From: Lingula anatina
Taxonomy: Eukaryota > Animalia > Brachiopoda
Assembly: GCA_051362555.1 (NCBI GenBank)
Contig: CM120644.1
Location: 22,962,534-23,026,533 of the forward strand
Direction: 5' to 3'
Length of the DNA: 64,000 nucleotides
Positions within the stretch are counted from its first letter, which is position 1. Each line of letters opens with the position of its first letter. Below, one piece after another: positions 1-15,023 of the stretch. Both the position numbers and the translations under genes were made by a program. The notes below the pieces were generated by a model. That model worked only from the letters and a program-made list of their open reading frames with translations, was not told the origin of the DNA and did not search any database.

Positions 1-105
1 TAAAGTAATGGACATTGAAGCAATCTGTGCAAGGTTTTATTGCAATTGGACACTCTGTACATATTAAGCTGGAAGCATAATCTATCATAATTGATTACTA
101 GCCAG

Positions 106-149
<44 letters not shown>

Positions 150-640
150 GCAAAAAAAGTGAAAAAAGTACTATCCGAGATCTTGGATACATAGATTGAA
201 AAGTTTAATGCATTAGAATGAATGCAAACAACTACAATCGCCCTCTCTTCTACAATCAACATCTTCTACTCCAGAAGCCATTGGCAAAAATACATTTTAG
301 ACTCTAATTCTTTTTTAAACGTGAATGCAAGTCATTTTGTGTAGAGAAATTACAATCACCAAATGTTGATATTAGGACCGACTGGTATTTCTGTTTAGTG
401 CAATGTCATATACACTGTACGTGTGCAAAATCATAAACTAATTGCAATTAAGGTTGGGTGTTCAAATCAATGTGTTTTCTTTCAATTAAAAAGCACGTTT
501 CTGGTCCATAAAGCTACGGAATTTCAAATGTATTTCATTTAATCGCATATAAACCTTAAAAAAAATAATAATAACAATAATAATAATACATTTACGTCTA
601 CAAAGCCGGTGACAACGTAGCACAACTAATGCAATGGAAT

Positions 641-834
641 TCAAATTTCATCGGTTCTGACTGGAATGTAATCAGTATTGGATGATCTGCGCTTGCGCGT
701 TACGATCACTGCTGCTATGACAACAACGCATGCGCTGACAGCCATGACACCAGCTCCAAGTGTAGTGGCAGCCGGTGCCTGGGCACCTTCCTCGCCGTCC
801 CCCTTATTCTTCCCCTCGTCTTTTACGGCAAACT
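641..834 (-). CDS. Last exon: juxtamembrane linker, TM helix, cytoplasmic tail
   Basis: Acceptor tttgttttcccag; EFAVKDEG...[21 protein letters not shown] then RKRR stop-transfer, tail DYIPV (YxxPhi-like), TGA at 641-643. Confidence 0.85.
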
Positions 835-3800
835 CTGGGAAAACAAAGACGGGGTATTTAAACACATTCGATACGCTAGTTATTGGCAGTTGCAGCATTT
901 GGTTTAGTAAGAAAAAGGATACATCATCTGCCTCTAATTGCTAGAGGAATACAAAATAAGACCAAAGGGGTCATTTTATTATGATGAGGGCCGGGGTGGA
1001 AAATGGCTTCATTAGTCTGCTTTGTTACGGTCATCAAACTCATTTTTAATTCCAAAAACGCGTTCGGAACGTTTAGTTCAAACAATAAGAAATGTACCTT
1101 CCCTTTAAATTAAATATATATGTTACTTGCCTGCTACGGGGTTCTCTTTCTGGACGAACACGGGTCCCTGCACCAGGCTGTACACCTCTACGTCACCAGG
1201 TACCGCTCTCTTCCCCCTGCCGCCATTTTGTGGACAGGCGTACCCTTCACTGGGCCGCAGACACCTACTGTCCCGGTCAGTGGCGTTACACACGATAACG
1301 TCACAGTGGATGTACACCTCTGGATCGTTGAAGAACTCGAAGGCCTTGACGGTGAACTGCGCATGCGTGTCGTTAGAGGGATAGAAGCGTACCGTAGGGT
1401 CGTCTGGGCATCTGGAAATATACAATCAATGTTTTTTTTTAATTGTGCTGATTGTAAATGTCTGAACAATACATCGGTTAGTCAGTGTACACTTGAGTGT
1501 TTATAAGTTCCCTTATATGTTCATCATCTTGCACTTTACCACCAGTAGTACTGATTTATGTACTGAATATGTACATGTATTTGTTGTTTAAATCCTTCTT
1601 TATGAAGGAAAAAATGCTATCTTGCATCAAGCTAACGGTAAGAAGCCTAACGACATCAATTCAAAATCTGCGATTGTAATCTGCGATTGAAAACACCGAA
1701 CTCACTTGTTGCTAATGAGGGCATATTGTGGATAGCCCTTCGTAGTCTTCGGCGTCGCCACGCAGTTCTGTAGGACCACCTTAAGATTAACGTCCGGCGT
1801 TAGTAAAGCCACGTCCACATACATGTCCTGGTTAAGTCTGACCACGTGGGGATAGCTGGTCACGGGGGAGGTGAAGTAATCAGAATGGTACAGGTCCATC
1901 CTCAGGGTGAAGTTACCATTAGCAACATATACTCGGTTGCCGTACACTGTGCCCTGCATTAATAGCAAAGATAATTATTTTATAAGTCTGTACGGACGTA
2001 TTTATTGAAAACCAAAAAGAACCGAATGCGCCATAATGTTGATCTGTTACTCCGCATCAAAATGGCTCGTTATTGCATGTATTGCAACATCATATTTTTT
2101 GGCAAATTGTACAAGGGACTGGCACAACTGACCGTGCTTTGAGTTAGTAAGTCTGATAATACCACTGATAATAACAACACACGCGTACAAATACCGAGTA
2201 GAGCAAGGCATTCCTTTATTCCCCGGGTGTTACACAAAGTGAAAACAACCAAAATTATCTCACCTCAGCGACGAATTCCTCTCCTACGCCACCATATCTC
2301 GACAGCACACACTCCACTGTGTACCTGTAGTGCAGCTGGCGGTTGATGAGGGAGTTACTGTACGGACGGAGGACGAGGGCGTTTCTGTAGATGAACGTAT
2401 CCCTGGTTTCCTTGACAAACGGAACATTACTGCTATTTAATATTTGTTAACAATTTGTATTTAGACGGTATTACTAACCACAATTACGAGCGGATTATAT
2501 ACTTAAATATCTAAATTTTTCATTTTTCATGGCAATATACCCATGCGTACTAGTACATGTATGAGCTAATTTAAATGCAAAGGATGGTGATTTATTTATT
2601 TTTCATTTTGTTGTTACTAATTAAGACCAATATCAATTACCAGTCTGCGGGTTCCACACATTTGAGTGGCAAGGGTCACATAGAATATTGCGTTTCCGCC
2701 AAGGTATTGGTCAGGAACACACTTGATGTCATCCAATGTCAAGGTCATTGGACCAAGACGAGACTGGATGTCATTTACGTCCACCGTCACAGTCATACCC
2801 TTTGTCGAGTCACAATTCACGGAAACATTGGGGTTCACTGAAACAGCAGTACCACTGTTAAATGTGGGAAATTCAAGTTTTAACAACTTTTGTACTGTAA
2901 CGACGATTCTAAATTTGGTTAAACCCAAGTCCATCTATACATAGATGACCACACTTGGTCATTTCAGTCTTTAAAATAGGTTGGTCGCTTGAGGGTTAAA
3001 TGCTTTCATCTGTTCGGTAAATACTAGTAAATATTGAAAACGTCGATTTTTTTTTTCAAATATTATTGTATGTCTTGGATATTGACATTTATGGATTTCA
3101 AACATATATACTTTTTATGAATAAGGTGGGGAAAATACACGTTATCAAGAATGTATTCCTTTATTGATGTTACATTTAATACAGTATCCATGTCCTTTTA
3201 TTCTTACCTTGCGGTGCTGCGGTAGCCTCTAAAAAAAAAATAATTTTAATCAAATTTAGACATTATATAGTATCTGTAAGTTGAAGAACTCGTTGATAAA
3301 GAAAGAAGCAAGTAATAATTCATTCCTACATGTCTATATGGAACTTTGTGCTAACCTCCCTTAAAACAACTGCTCTAAAACTATACTTCTCCAAACAGAT
3401 CGACATGAACCGACTTCCGCAAGCGCGAGGTAGATCAGATAATGACCATATTACAGTTAAAGGCCACTTCACACCCCATCCAACGGTTGTGTTATTTTAC
3501 GCCGTCGAATTGGCAGTCAGGAAGATGAATCTTAAATAATTCACGCGCCATCGGTACAAGCCTGGCTCTCTTTCCAGCAGTGTATGTACGCACTAGTCGC
3601 CTGTCAAACTACAGATATGAGTACCCATATTTTTCATTCGTTGGGAATATAGTTTATAAACGTTAAATATGGGTTAAAAGGTCAATTTTCTTGCTAATCT
3701 ATAAAAAAAAAAACTACTCACGTGCACAAGCATCCGTGGCTAACTGTGTCTCTATATTTGACAGGGCACTGAAGTCTGTTACAGTAAACACGAATTTGCT

Positions 3801-5398
3801 ATCCGGGTCGGTGGCCATGGCCTCCAGCTCGGCAGTATTAGCATTACTCCCAACTCCAATTGCGAACACAGACGCAATATTACGCAGCTTATTTGCTTCT
3901 CTGGCGGTTGCCGCCATGTCATTAGATCTACCGTCGGTCATGACGATAACGAGGTTCGGGACGTTTGGCCGATCGCCTCTGGCAGCCGTGAAACTGCTGG
4001 TGCGGGCGGTGGAGAGAGCTAGGGCTGTGTCAGTACCATCTCCCATCTGCCTTATCCTGTCCACGGCGGCTAGGATGGCGGCCTCGGTGCTGTGAGTGTT
4101 AAGGTTGAGCTCTTGCACCGCGTAGTCTGAGTACTGCAGAACGCCGACCTGCACCGCGTTTGGTCCAACGTCGAATTTCCTCACCAAAGACTTGATGAAT
4201 TGTAGTTGTTTGGCAAAGTCGGGTGAGTCGACGCTACCAGACCCGTCCAAGATAAAAATTATGTCTGCCTGGGCGTTGCAAACTGTAAATATTACAAATA
4301 GTATTATTTTACAAAAAGAAAAAAAAGTTTGGGGGTGGATTTCGTACCATATAATACCACAAGAAACCCTGCAAATAAACTATGTGCTCTTTTGATTTCA
4401 AATCTAGAAGAAAATGATAACAAACCCGGTGGACTACTCAAAAGCCGAATCAAGAAATCACCATGATACAGATAAATCTGCTTATTATAAGACGCAAGGA
4501 TGATGACCTGCACATTTATTGCAAAGAAGAAAAGATAGGGAGAGGATGGGGTAGTGGTTATTAATTTTAAAATGGAGCACGATTTTATACACAATATCAG
4601 CTAAAAAATGACTGTAAATTATTGAAATAGAAGTTGCTATATTTACATGTATACCACCGAACTAAAGGTGAAGTGTGTTATCATGATCAGTTTAAGTATA
4701 TGTAGGCCTGCTTCGCTAAATATAGTGCCAATATATCATTAATAATAAAATACGCCCAATAATTAAAGTATATAATAAATCTGTACATACTTGGTTTTAC
4801 CGATTCATTCACGGGTTTTTCGGTAGTTGGCCACCCTGGAGTTGAAAACAATGATATATATCATTTGACAAACATTGGATTGCATCAACATAAAAGTATA
4901 TTTTCGGGTATGATATTTTTCAGTGCGTTAATATATACACCGATGTTAGATAACACGGCAACAACTTACAAGATGCACTTTCTTATATGAATTACATATA
5001 TGATGTGATATATGCTACGGGTTTGAAACGTGACATACCATAATATTCCCATCTTTGTTAATTTGTAGCCCACAAAGTCATGGGGCCATTAAATTGTAGT
5101 CCACAAAGTCAAAGGGCCAGTAATAATACTCACCATAATATTCACATCTCTTCCCGTATCTATCCCAGGGACATGTACAGTTGTAGTCCACATAGCCGTA
5201 GGGCCAGTAATAAGATCTTAGTGGGACACACGTGCCTCCGTAATAACATGGATAGGAAGAGCAAGGGTCTTAAAAAATGCAAGGGAAAACAATGGCTTTT
5301 AATAAATGCTACCACTTAATTGTTTCGTCAGTCTTCTGATTACTTGATCCTTTTATTTCATTTCGGTGGAGAAAAAAATGCCCAATTCTTGAAAATTC

Positions 5399-5444
<46 letters not shown>

Positions 5445-8400
5445 TCACAAAAGTCAATTGAAATATCGAATAACCCCAACAACATAATCATTGTATTATG
5501 CAGTATTGTCTCTAAAAGAGATTGTGTTAATCTGTAATGCAACATCTAATTATACTGTTATCTATACTTGAATCACGGTATACATACCATAGCTTGTGGT
5601 AGTCATCGGTGGTTCGGATGTTGCATTTAAATCTTTAAGAAATAAATAAATGATATTTATTTTGATAATTTATATGTATCAAAATATCATACACGATTAC
5701 AGTCACTGACATTTGGGACGCCACATCGTGTTTAAGCCATTCGTGATGCATTTATTACGTGTATAATGACCGTTATAGGTTTTTTAAATCTTTTTTATTC
5801 TACAATCCCAATAATAGATGCCTGCCGCTGTTCAACTGACGTGTCTGTGTTTTTACGACTAATAACATTAACACCAGCGTCAGAGATGGGATAAAAAGGG
5901 AAATGTGCTAAGTAATACTGGACTAAACGGTGTAAAATAATATGCGAGAGGCAATAACCGCGAAACTCATGTGCCGAGAGATCGTCTTGGAAAGCAGAAG
6001 AGAGGGGGACACAAAACGGCGAATTCGTACTGTTATGCAACATATGACCACTATAAAATCAAGCGAGATATCGACATTTTACGGTGATTCTCGTACATGT
6101 ATAACCCCAATAGCCAATAGTTGTGTGTGGAACTATACGATGCTACTCTTCTTACATTTTATCACGTGATAGGGATCCAGAATCCCATAAAATTAAACTG
6201 CACGTGCCATATAGACTATCCTGGAGAATTCCTCCAATGAGCTACCAATGTTGGTGAAATAACTTACAGTGTGGTACTTTACTACAACTGCTCTGATATG
6301 GAGATCCACAGGACACACTGACGTCCTCTCCATGTCTACAGTCGTGTCGTCCCCAACCATCATGGTAACACTGGGAAATAGACGTTTCTGTTCCTGTACA
6401 ATTTAGGTTATCCAACCATATCTGTCCGCTGCCAGCACCAAAGCATGCGCTGTAGTACCCTTCCACATTCTGGTCGCTAAAACGCGTATCACACTGATCA
6501 GATTTTATACATCAAAAAAGTAATAATGTATGTTTATTCTCTATTCTGTCTTTTTTGTCAGTCGTTTATATTGCCCGTAAATGGAATCTCAGTTACTGAA
6601 TGTACGGTGTTACAATCGATGAGTGAGTGACTGATTTTATATACCTTCCCCCTTTAGACTTTAAACCAGTGGTACAAGAAACTAATTGCAGGAATTTCTT
6701 TGTGTTACATGGAATCTACGCTCCCACATATGTCACTTAAATAAATATTGCAATATGTACCTAAATCCAAGCATTCGACATATGACCGCAGCATCTCTAT
6801 CGTCAAAATAGTCATCACACACAGTGCCCCAGCGACCATTGTAGTAAACCTCCACACGTCCCTCTCTGTTGCTGTTGCCTCCAACTAAACGAACTGGGAC
6901 GGCTGCAATAAGAATACTTTTTAAGAAACCATTTAAGACAATATTTGCCATAAACAGAGTCTTAATAAGTGTATGCACTAAGCTAAATATGGTGTCTATA
7001 TAACTGATTTAATACGCTCAATAATTAAGTATAATAAACTTGTACATACTTTGTGTTACCGATTCTGTTGTGGGGCTTTCGGTAGTTGGCCACCCTGGAG
7101 TTAAAAACAATGATATATATTATTTGACAAACACTGGATTGTATCATTCAGCACAAAGTATATTGACGAGTACATGTACAGGTCTGTTGTTTGTCATGAA
7201 CGGTTTTATCAAAGGTTTCCTGACACTATTTACATTTGTATGCGTTAATATCTGCACCGATGCTAGATAACGCTGTATCAATTTACACGATGCAGTTCCT
7301 CGTATAAATTAAGCGTGAAACTTAAGTAAATATGTTGTGATATGATATAAATCATGAAGTGTGACATACCATAATATTCACATCTCTTTCCGTATCTATC
7401 CCATGGACATGTGCAGTTGTAGTCCACATAGTTATAAGGCCAGTAATAATACTCACCATAATATTCACATCTCTTCCCGTATCTATCCCATGGACATGTG
7501 CAGTTGTAGTCCACATAGTTATAAGGCCAGTAATAAGATCTTTGTGGGACACACGTGCCTCCATTGTAACACGGATTGTAAGAACAAGGGACTGTTAAGA
7601 AGAAATTAAACGCATAAGTATAACACATATTCAAATAAATATTTATAAGCCTCATAAAAATCCACAAAACAAACACACAAACAGCATTCATACCTTCCGA
7701 ACTGATGTGATTAAACGAACTGGAGCAACCAGTGTGAACAGTTTGCACTTATAAACTTCACATCTTATCAATGTCCCTACACTAAAAAGACACTAAAAAG
7801 ACCCCCATCCCGCATCAAAGCACCGAATAGCTTCAGAAAACACCCATCACCTCAACAAAATGAAGCTTACTGCTATATACTTGCAAGGTAGAACATGCAT
7901 TTTTACATCTACATTAACTCAATATCCCTTGTTATTATAGTATATTGTTATATTAACTTGTACATACTAGGTGGTGTCACCGTTTCCATTGTAGGGCTTT
8001 CGGTAGTTGGCCAACCTGGAAATAAAAAGAGGGATATGTAAATCGCTATAAGCGATCGATTAAAAATATATAAATAACTAATAGAAAAGAAAATACATAG
8101 CACGATAACATTAATAAGGGTTTCTCACAGCAGTCGTCTCTTTTCAGGTGTTCCATAGATTTATCATTTTTCTCTTGTTTTCTGTATTATCATATTGATA
8201 CATATAGTATTTGCACTGTATTATCCACTTTTCTTACAGTGGTGTCCAATGCTCAAAAACAGTAACTAAATACAGGTAGCTTAAAGGATTGCTTCAACAT
8301 TAAGAACTGCGTGAGAATTAAGGTTATAATAACAAACTGAACAAGAATAATAGGGTCCGGGTAAGAAGAACTTATAGTCAGGGAAATACAGTGTACCTCC

Positions 8401-9966
8401 GCGACAATAAAATCTCTTTAGTGCTAGGAATCGGGTACCTGGTCTATAAATACTGCCCCAATAGCACATTTCACAAGTCAAACATCAGAAACGTAAAGTT
8501 CACTTACTCGTAGTGTAATTGTAGTTGGTACAGGATCGTCTGTATGAAAAGCCACAAGATACCCCGACATCCTCGCTATGTGAGCAGTGGGAATTACCCC
8601 AGCCGTATCCCTTATAGCACTGAGCTAAGGAGGATTCAGTCCCTTGACAGTGCAGGTGATTCAGCCAGATCTTGCCGCTACCTTCACCAAAGCAGGCGCC
8701 CCCATAAGCCTTGGCGTAGCGGTCACTAGAACGGGATGGATACACGTATTGGTTAATCAAAGTAAGGTTATGTTATTATAAGATGGTGTAGTATTTCATA
8801 ATGGTGAATCTTAAAACTGTTCAATTTCTACACAATGAGTTGAATGCGTACCTGAGAGCTTTCGCTATAACACATTTCAACTCAACTGAACAGTTTTCAA
8901 TCACATCATTATGAGTAACACTAAAACACAGATTAACTTTCATCAGAAAAACGATTGTTAGATATCAAGAATAGATGCATTAACGATTTTTCATATGTAA
9001 AAAACATACCCGTGTCCAAGCATGCGGCATACAACTCGAGCATCATTATCATCAAACTCGTGGTCACATATCGTTCCCCAGCGTCCGTCGTAGTAGACCA
9101 TTACTCGCCCTTCCCGATAACTGTTTCCACCAACTAAACGCACTCCTGTAAGATATAAGCACGCATTTTATTCATAATTTTAACAGTTATGCATGCGATT
9201 TTTTATCAACTAGCAACCTTCGTGCCTACAAAAACTATTATGCTCCAAAACGTACTTTTAGATCACTTGACCAGTTCTTGCTCATGCCATGTAATGCCAG
9301 CCTGAGAACATACGGCAACCTAGCTCTTCAAGTCTATGGACCAAATGAATGGAACAATATCCAAATATACTTCAAAACTATAGAATCTGAGGACAATTTG
9401 AAAAAATTAAAACTTTGATTCAAAAAAATATATATAACTGATTTAAATGGCTGCTATCTTTTATAATGTACTGTCTATTTTAATATCTTAAAATCTTAAC
9501 TGTCCATATATTTATTTACATTGTACTACACATTTTAATATATTCTAATAACTATCTAATATTAACTACCTATTCATTTATTGACTTTATTTCAATATAT
9601 ATTAAAATCTTATTCTGTTCATTTTACCCATGTCTACTGCATGTTTGACTATAAATAAATATTATAGTTATGGAAATAGTACAATTATGCAATGTGTTAT
9701 GAAATGTTCCTTTAAAAATTAGAAAATTAATACAATGCTTACAATCATACTGGACATATAAACATTTAATGATCAAATAAATATCTAACCGGTGAGACAA
9801 AAGGAAACAACAGTTGATTTACTCACTGACATATTCTTCTGTCGTCACACTGGGGATCTCTGTTGTTTCTGAAAAACATGTGTATGTGTATGAACTGTAT
9901 GTGTAAATTAACCAATTTCAAATATGACAATTTGCAAAACTACTCTCTCTCTCTCTCTCTCTCTCA

Positions 9967-10035
<69 letters not shown>

Positions 10036-11007
10036 TTACAGAAGCGGTTTGCAAATGAAAATGTGTTAAACCTGTTTAACTAGAGAACTTAGACGCACTG
10101 TAAAAATAATGTGCGCCAAAGAATTGTGGCAAATATAGATACATAAACATTTTTTTTTCCTTTTTATGGTAAATGAAGGGACGCAAACTAGCAAAGTGTG
10201 AAGTACCGTGTCAGGCGTGCAATACTCACGGTATCCGTAAGCACCGTATTCGCACTTTTGTCCAGTACGGTAGTAAGGACAGTTACATCTGTAGCCAGTG
10301 TACGGCCAATAGTAACTGCTGGTACGTACACATGTACCGCCATACTGGCAGGGGTTTTGGAAACAGGGGTCTGGAATGGAAGAGGTATAAATGGATTCTG
10401 ACAAAGATTCCTATGTGTAATAATGAACAACATACGGCATCAATATATCAAGCGTTTTGGGAGCAGGCTCTGGAATAGACCCCATATACATATACTACTA
10501 AGGCCTACCATTCCACTTACAGAGTAAAATGGTTATCTTCAGGTTTGCAAACTTTAAATATGGGCACAGTGGGGCAGCATTATCAAAGATACTTCTCCAG
10601 AACACGTACATATATGTGCTTTTAAAATGCATATATTTAAGTTTATGCTCGTGTGAAAACTACAACATAGCCATAGCAGAAAAAAATAATTAAGACACGT
10701 CGAATAGAAAGACTCACCGTATGTAGTTGATTCAGGCGCCACTAAACATAAAATAGAATAAATACATTTTCAATAGTTAAATATTATTTATAGTTATATA
10801 TGCCCCAAAAATATTGGACTTCGCGAAGATCTAAAATCATATTACCATAACCCTGAACCAATCAAAAAAAGTGTTTAACTCACAAAATCCTATATCACAC
10901 AAACTTTTAATAAAAAATATAATGTGTTGACTGAATCGACTTGACTGAATAATTATAAATACATGTACCTGTTGTTGTAATTCCTTCTGCCGCAATGGTT
11001 TCTTCTG

Positions 11008-11056
<49 letters not shown>

Positions 11057-14000
11057 TATGAAACAATGAACACAATATCTTGTAAGAATTTTAATTCTAT
11101 ATTTCATTTATTAACCAAATATCGCTTGCTGATGACATACTTTACTAGTCTTGAAAAAAAAAAATATATATATATATATTGTGTTTTATCATTGACTTGT
11201 TGATTTGTCAGCCTCATCTTTAGATATATGTTGAAATGGTACATACCTTAATTATCAATCTTATTAATACTATCCTTATGTAGTCATTAGAGTAAGTATT
11301 ACAATCTATAATTATAAGTGACCTCTCACTGTTAGAAGATAGTATAGCTATAACTGATGCGCCGTTATTTTTGATAGAAAAAAATCAACTTACGGTATCC
11401 GTAAGCGCTGTACTCGCACTTTTGCCCAGTACGGTAGTAAGGACAGTTACACCTGTAGCCAGTGTACGGCCAATAGTAACTGTTGGTACGTATACATGTA
11501 CCGCCATACTGACAGGGGTTTTGGGAACAGGGGTCTGGAAAGGGATTTTGGAAATTTCAGACGGTAAAAGTTCAGATTTTCAATTTAATTCAAGACGCAG
11601 AGGGTATTGGTGCGTGCAGAGGTCACTTTGAAATACGATAGGTTTGTATCATCGATTTTCCTCTAGAATATGCAAGGAGTAATATCACTTTAAAAGCGGA
11701 TTTGAAAATCGTGTACAACTATTACGTATCCATGGCATCGGTAATGAGGCTATAACAATGAGAAGGGCTAGAAATGAAAGGCTTACCGTATGCAGTAGTC
11801 ATCTCAGTGGGAGGATTTCCAGTAGTTTGCCGACCTAAAACAAACACAAAAAAAGCCTATCACATTAAGTTTTTAATATAGATAAAATAAATAAGCATTT
11901 TAACAACTTTAAAGTTATGTCTTAAAAAGAATTACTTAAAGATACATTATTGAAAGACTACATCATTATTTGTGACCAATCAGAAAAAAAAATGATACAA
12001 TTCATGATCAGCGCAATAATGTCAAATGACAGGGAAGCATGCTGCAACGTTTGATGTTATATTGATGTTATAAAATACATGAACTTCGATAGAAGGCTGG
12101 GTTACAAAAACAATATTCCTCAAATAGACAAATAAATTAATAACTGGATATTTATGGGGCACATGAGCAAACTACATTGTGGGATTTGTGGAAAAATAGA
12201 ATTTGATTTGAGCTTTCAAATTACACATCATGCAGACTACAGTTATTTATTTCACATTTCAGGAATGCTGCTCAGAATTTAAATGTGTCATGGATTCTAG
12301 CTAATGCATCAAAACTAATGATTGTGCGACTATCAAAATTAATTACGAAAGTAGAACCAATAAAGACTATTCTTGTTTATTACAACTGACGTCATCCAGA
12401 CAAAGTTTACTATGATCAGCAATGTCTAAAACGACCATTGTCTTCATTCCGCGTTTATTAATAAAGAGCACACACTGTATTGAGAAGAACCTGGTCAGCT
12501 CCTACAGTAGGGATATTCACAAGACACTGCGGCCGAATTAAACACCTGCATGGTTGCTTAAAAAACGTCCCTTTCTCAAAACAGCTTTATGTGTATATAT
12601 TTGCAAGGTTCACATACGGCAGATAAAATTAAAAAATGCGGCATAAGATAATCGTGTACATACTTGCTGATTTAATGTATCATTCGGCATGTAGAGGGTT
12701 TCAACGAACGCTATCTGTTCAGAAATATCACAGCACGCACCTTGGATAACATTGTCGCAGGACTGCCATGTTAAAACCACCTGAGCGCATGTGTAACTCG
12801 TTCAAAGTATAAATCTATTCATACAGGTGTGTTGTTTCCATAAACATTTTATGAGCTTTGGGGACATTAGTGTAAAGAGATTTTCTTTATTTCTGTGTCA
12901 TAGAGGAGAAACCGACGTCCGGAATAAACATACAGCAAGTGAGTATAGCGTGCCCGTCAAATATTGCGTCTTTATCTTGCATGTGGAGGTGCCCACCGCT
13001 TTTGATATGAATTATTGTATACTGGAGAAATCCGAGCGGAATTTAGGCATTGATTGTAAGTCCCCATGGAGAATAAAAAGCTAATTGGTTTTAATGGAAC
13101 CTGTAAAATTACACTTTTCCTGTGGATACAATTGATACATTCAGACTTAACATTTAATACGGAAGAAAACTTTCGAAGTGCATTCCAAAGGGAGAAATAT
13201 CGAATGGCATTTGAAGTGTATTCTAACTGCACTCTGGGTCGCATTCTTAATATTCTTAGGGCATTCCCAATGTGTTCCAACTACATTCGAGCTGTCTTTG
13301 AGAGTTAAGACGCTCAAAAGGTGCACGAATCATTCTAGGCAGGTTCGAAGCTCATCTTGAGTATCCCAACGGTATTCTTATAAGAATTAAGGTCATTCCC
13401 ACAGAATGTGGCGCCAATTTTAAAATGTTTCATTCCGGATAATTCTGCTTGCTTACTGCTGATTCCCAATAATATGACAGGGGCTTTATATAGTGCCTTC
13501 TGGTCTCAGTGTAATTCTTATTGATACGTTCATGGTGTTCAACTATGCAACTGAAACTAAGTACCATTCTAATGTCAAGAGGTTGAGGATAGAGGATGAT
13601 GCCACAGATTTTTTACTGTTCTGACGAAAGGAAAATTAGACTGGGTTACCATGCCTACAAGGTAGATCGATCCATCTGGATTGGTCTAACTGTCTGGGGA
13701 GTCTCACTAAATTGCTCTCAAATGAAAAAAAAAATTAAAAAAATGAAATGTCTGTCAAGCATACCGAGTCAGCTTGGGGGTAAAGATAATTACCCCCTAA
13801 CAGCTTTACAAGACGTGGCAGACATATAAGCTGGTTTAGTTTATAGCAATTTAGTGACACTCCCTAGTGAGATAGATCGGGAAAGGTCCCTTACACAGCA
13901 TAACATTTGCTGGTACACATCCATGAAGGAATTGTTTTTAATACCAAACTGTTATCCATGAATTCAGTATGTACGTGATGGCCATCATTTGCGTTTATCT

Positions 14001-14976
14001 TAGACTCGAATCGTGCATTTTCTGTATATTGTTGTTTTAAATAACATATTTTTACAGATATCACTCTACCAATATCACCAATGTCTTGAATATGCTAATA
14101 TCTGAACTCTGCAACCCCAAAACATATGGAAAGACATAATCCACCTATTAAAAAAATTGCCACTTGTCCATTCACGTATCTTATATGAGATCGGAGTTTT
14201 TTTTGAAAAAATAACGCATCTTTACTGATAGATTTTAATAGCCTTTATTAGAATAAACTATACTTATAGTTTGTCCTATATTGCGCACATAAACGCCATG
14301 TCATTTACTCACCATAAAGTTCACACCTCTTTCCGTATCTATCCCAGGGGCAGGTACAGTTGTAGTCCATGTAATAATAAGGCCAGTAAGAAGCTCTTTG
14401 TGGGACACATGTACCTCCATGGAAACATGGGTTTGAAGTGCAAGGATCTTTTAAGATAAAATAGAAACCAGATCAAAAACATGCAAGGGTCTCGTAAGAA
14501 ATATAGAAGAAATCGCATACCAGTTGATACACACAAACACCTTTTAATGCTGTCGTAATAATATGTTCCATTGGTATGTGCTTTCAGTGGCATTAGTGTT
14601 AAGTTGGTGCGTGTCTAGATGTCTTCAAACACGACAAACACTTGAGAACTTAACGTAATATATATCATTTATACAGAAGTGTGCTCTATAATACCATTTA
14701 CATAAAGCAATGTTCTAATTTTAAAATGTTTTCGCACAGAAACTGATTCCTAAAGTAGATGCGTTCTCACATGATAGCAAAAAAAAACTTAGTCGACCAA
14801 TTGGAAGCGATGTGCCGCATGTACCTGGCAGATTTAAATCATGGCAATCCTGTCCCATATATCTAGTCCCAGGACATTTGCAGATGTAACCCACGTAGCC
14901 ATAAGGCCAGTGAGGAGATTTTTGCGGTACACATGTACCTCCATTGTAACATGGGTAGGAAAAGCAAGGACCTGTA

Positions 14977-15023
<47 letters not shown>

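Noticed and set aside
835-940. N-terminal part of the 85-aa ORF 641-898 and an acceptor at 941
   Set aside because: Phase 0 does not match any usable upstream donor; the stronger phase-1 acceptor at 835 fits
678-4095. Plus-strand ORFs over the ZP and vWA exons
   Set aside because: Antisense shadows of the minus-strand exons
11960-14050. Short ORFs and weak repeats in the 12-14 kb intron
   Set aside because: No recognisable protein motif or clear TIR/TSD; probably old repeat debris
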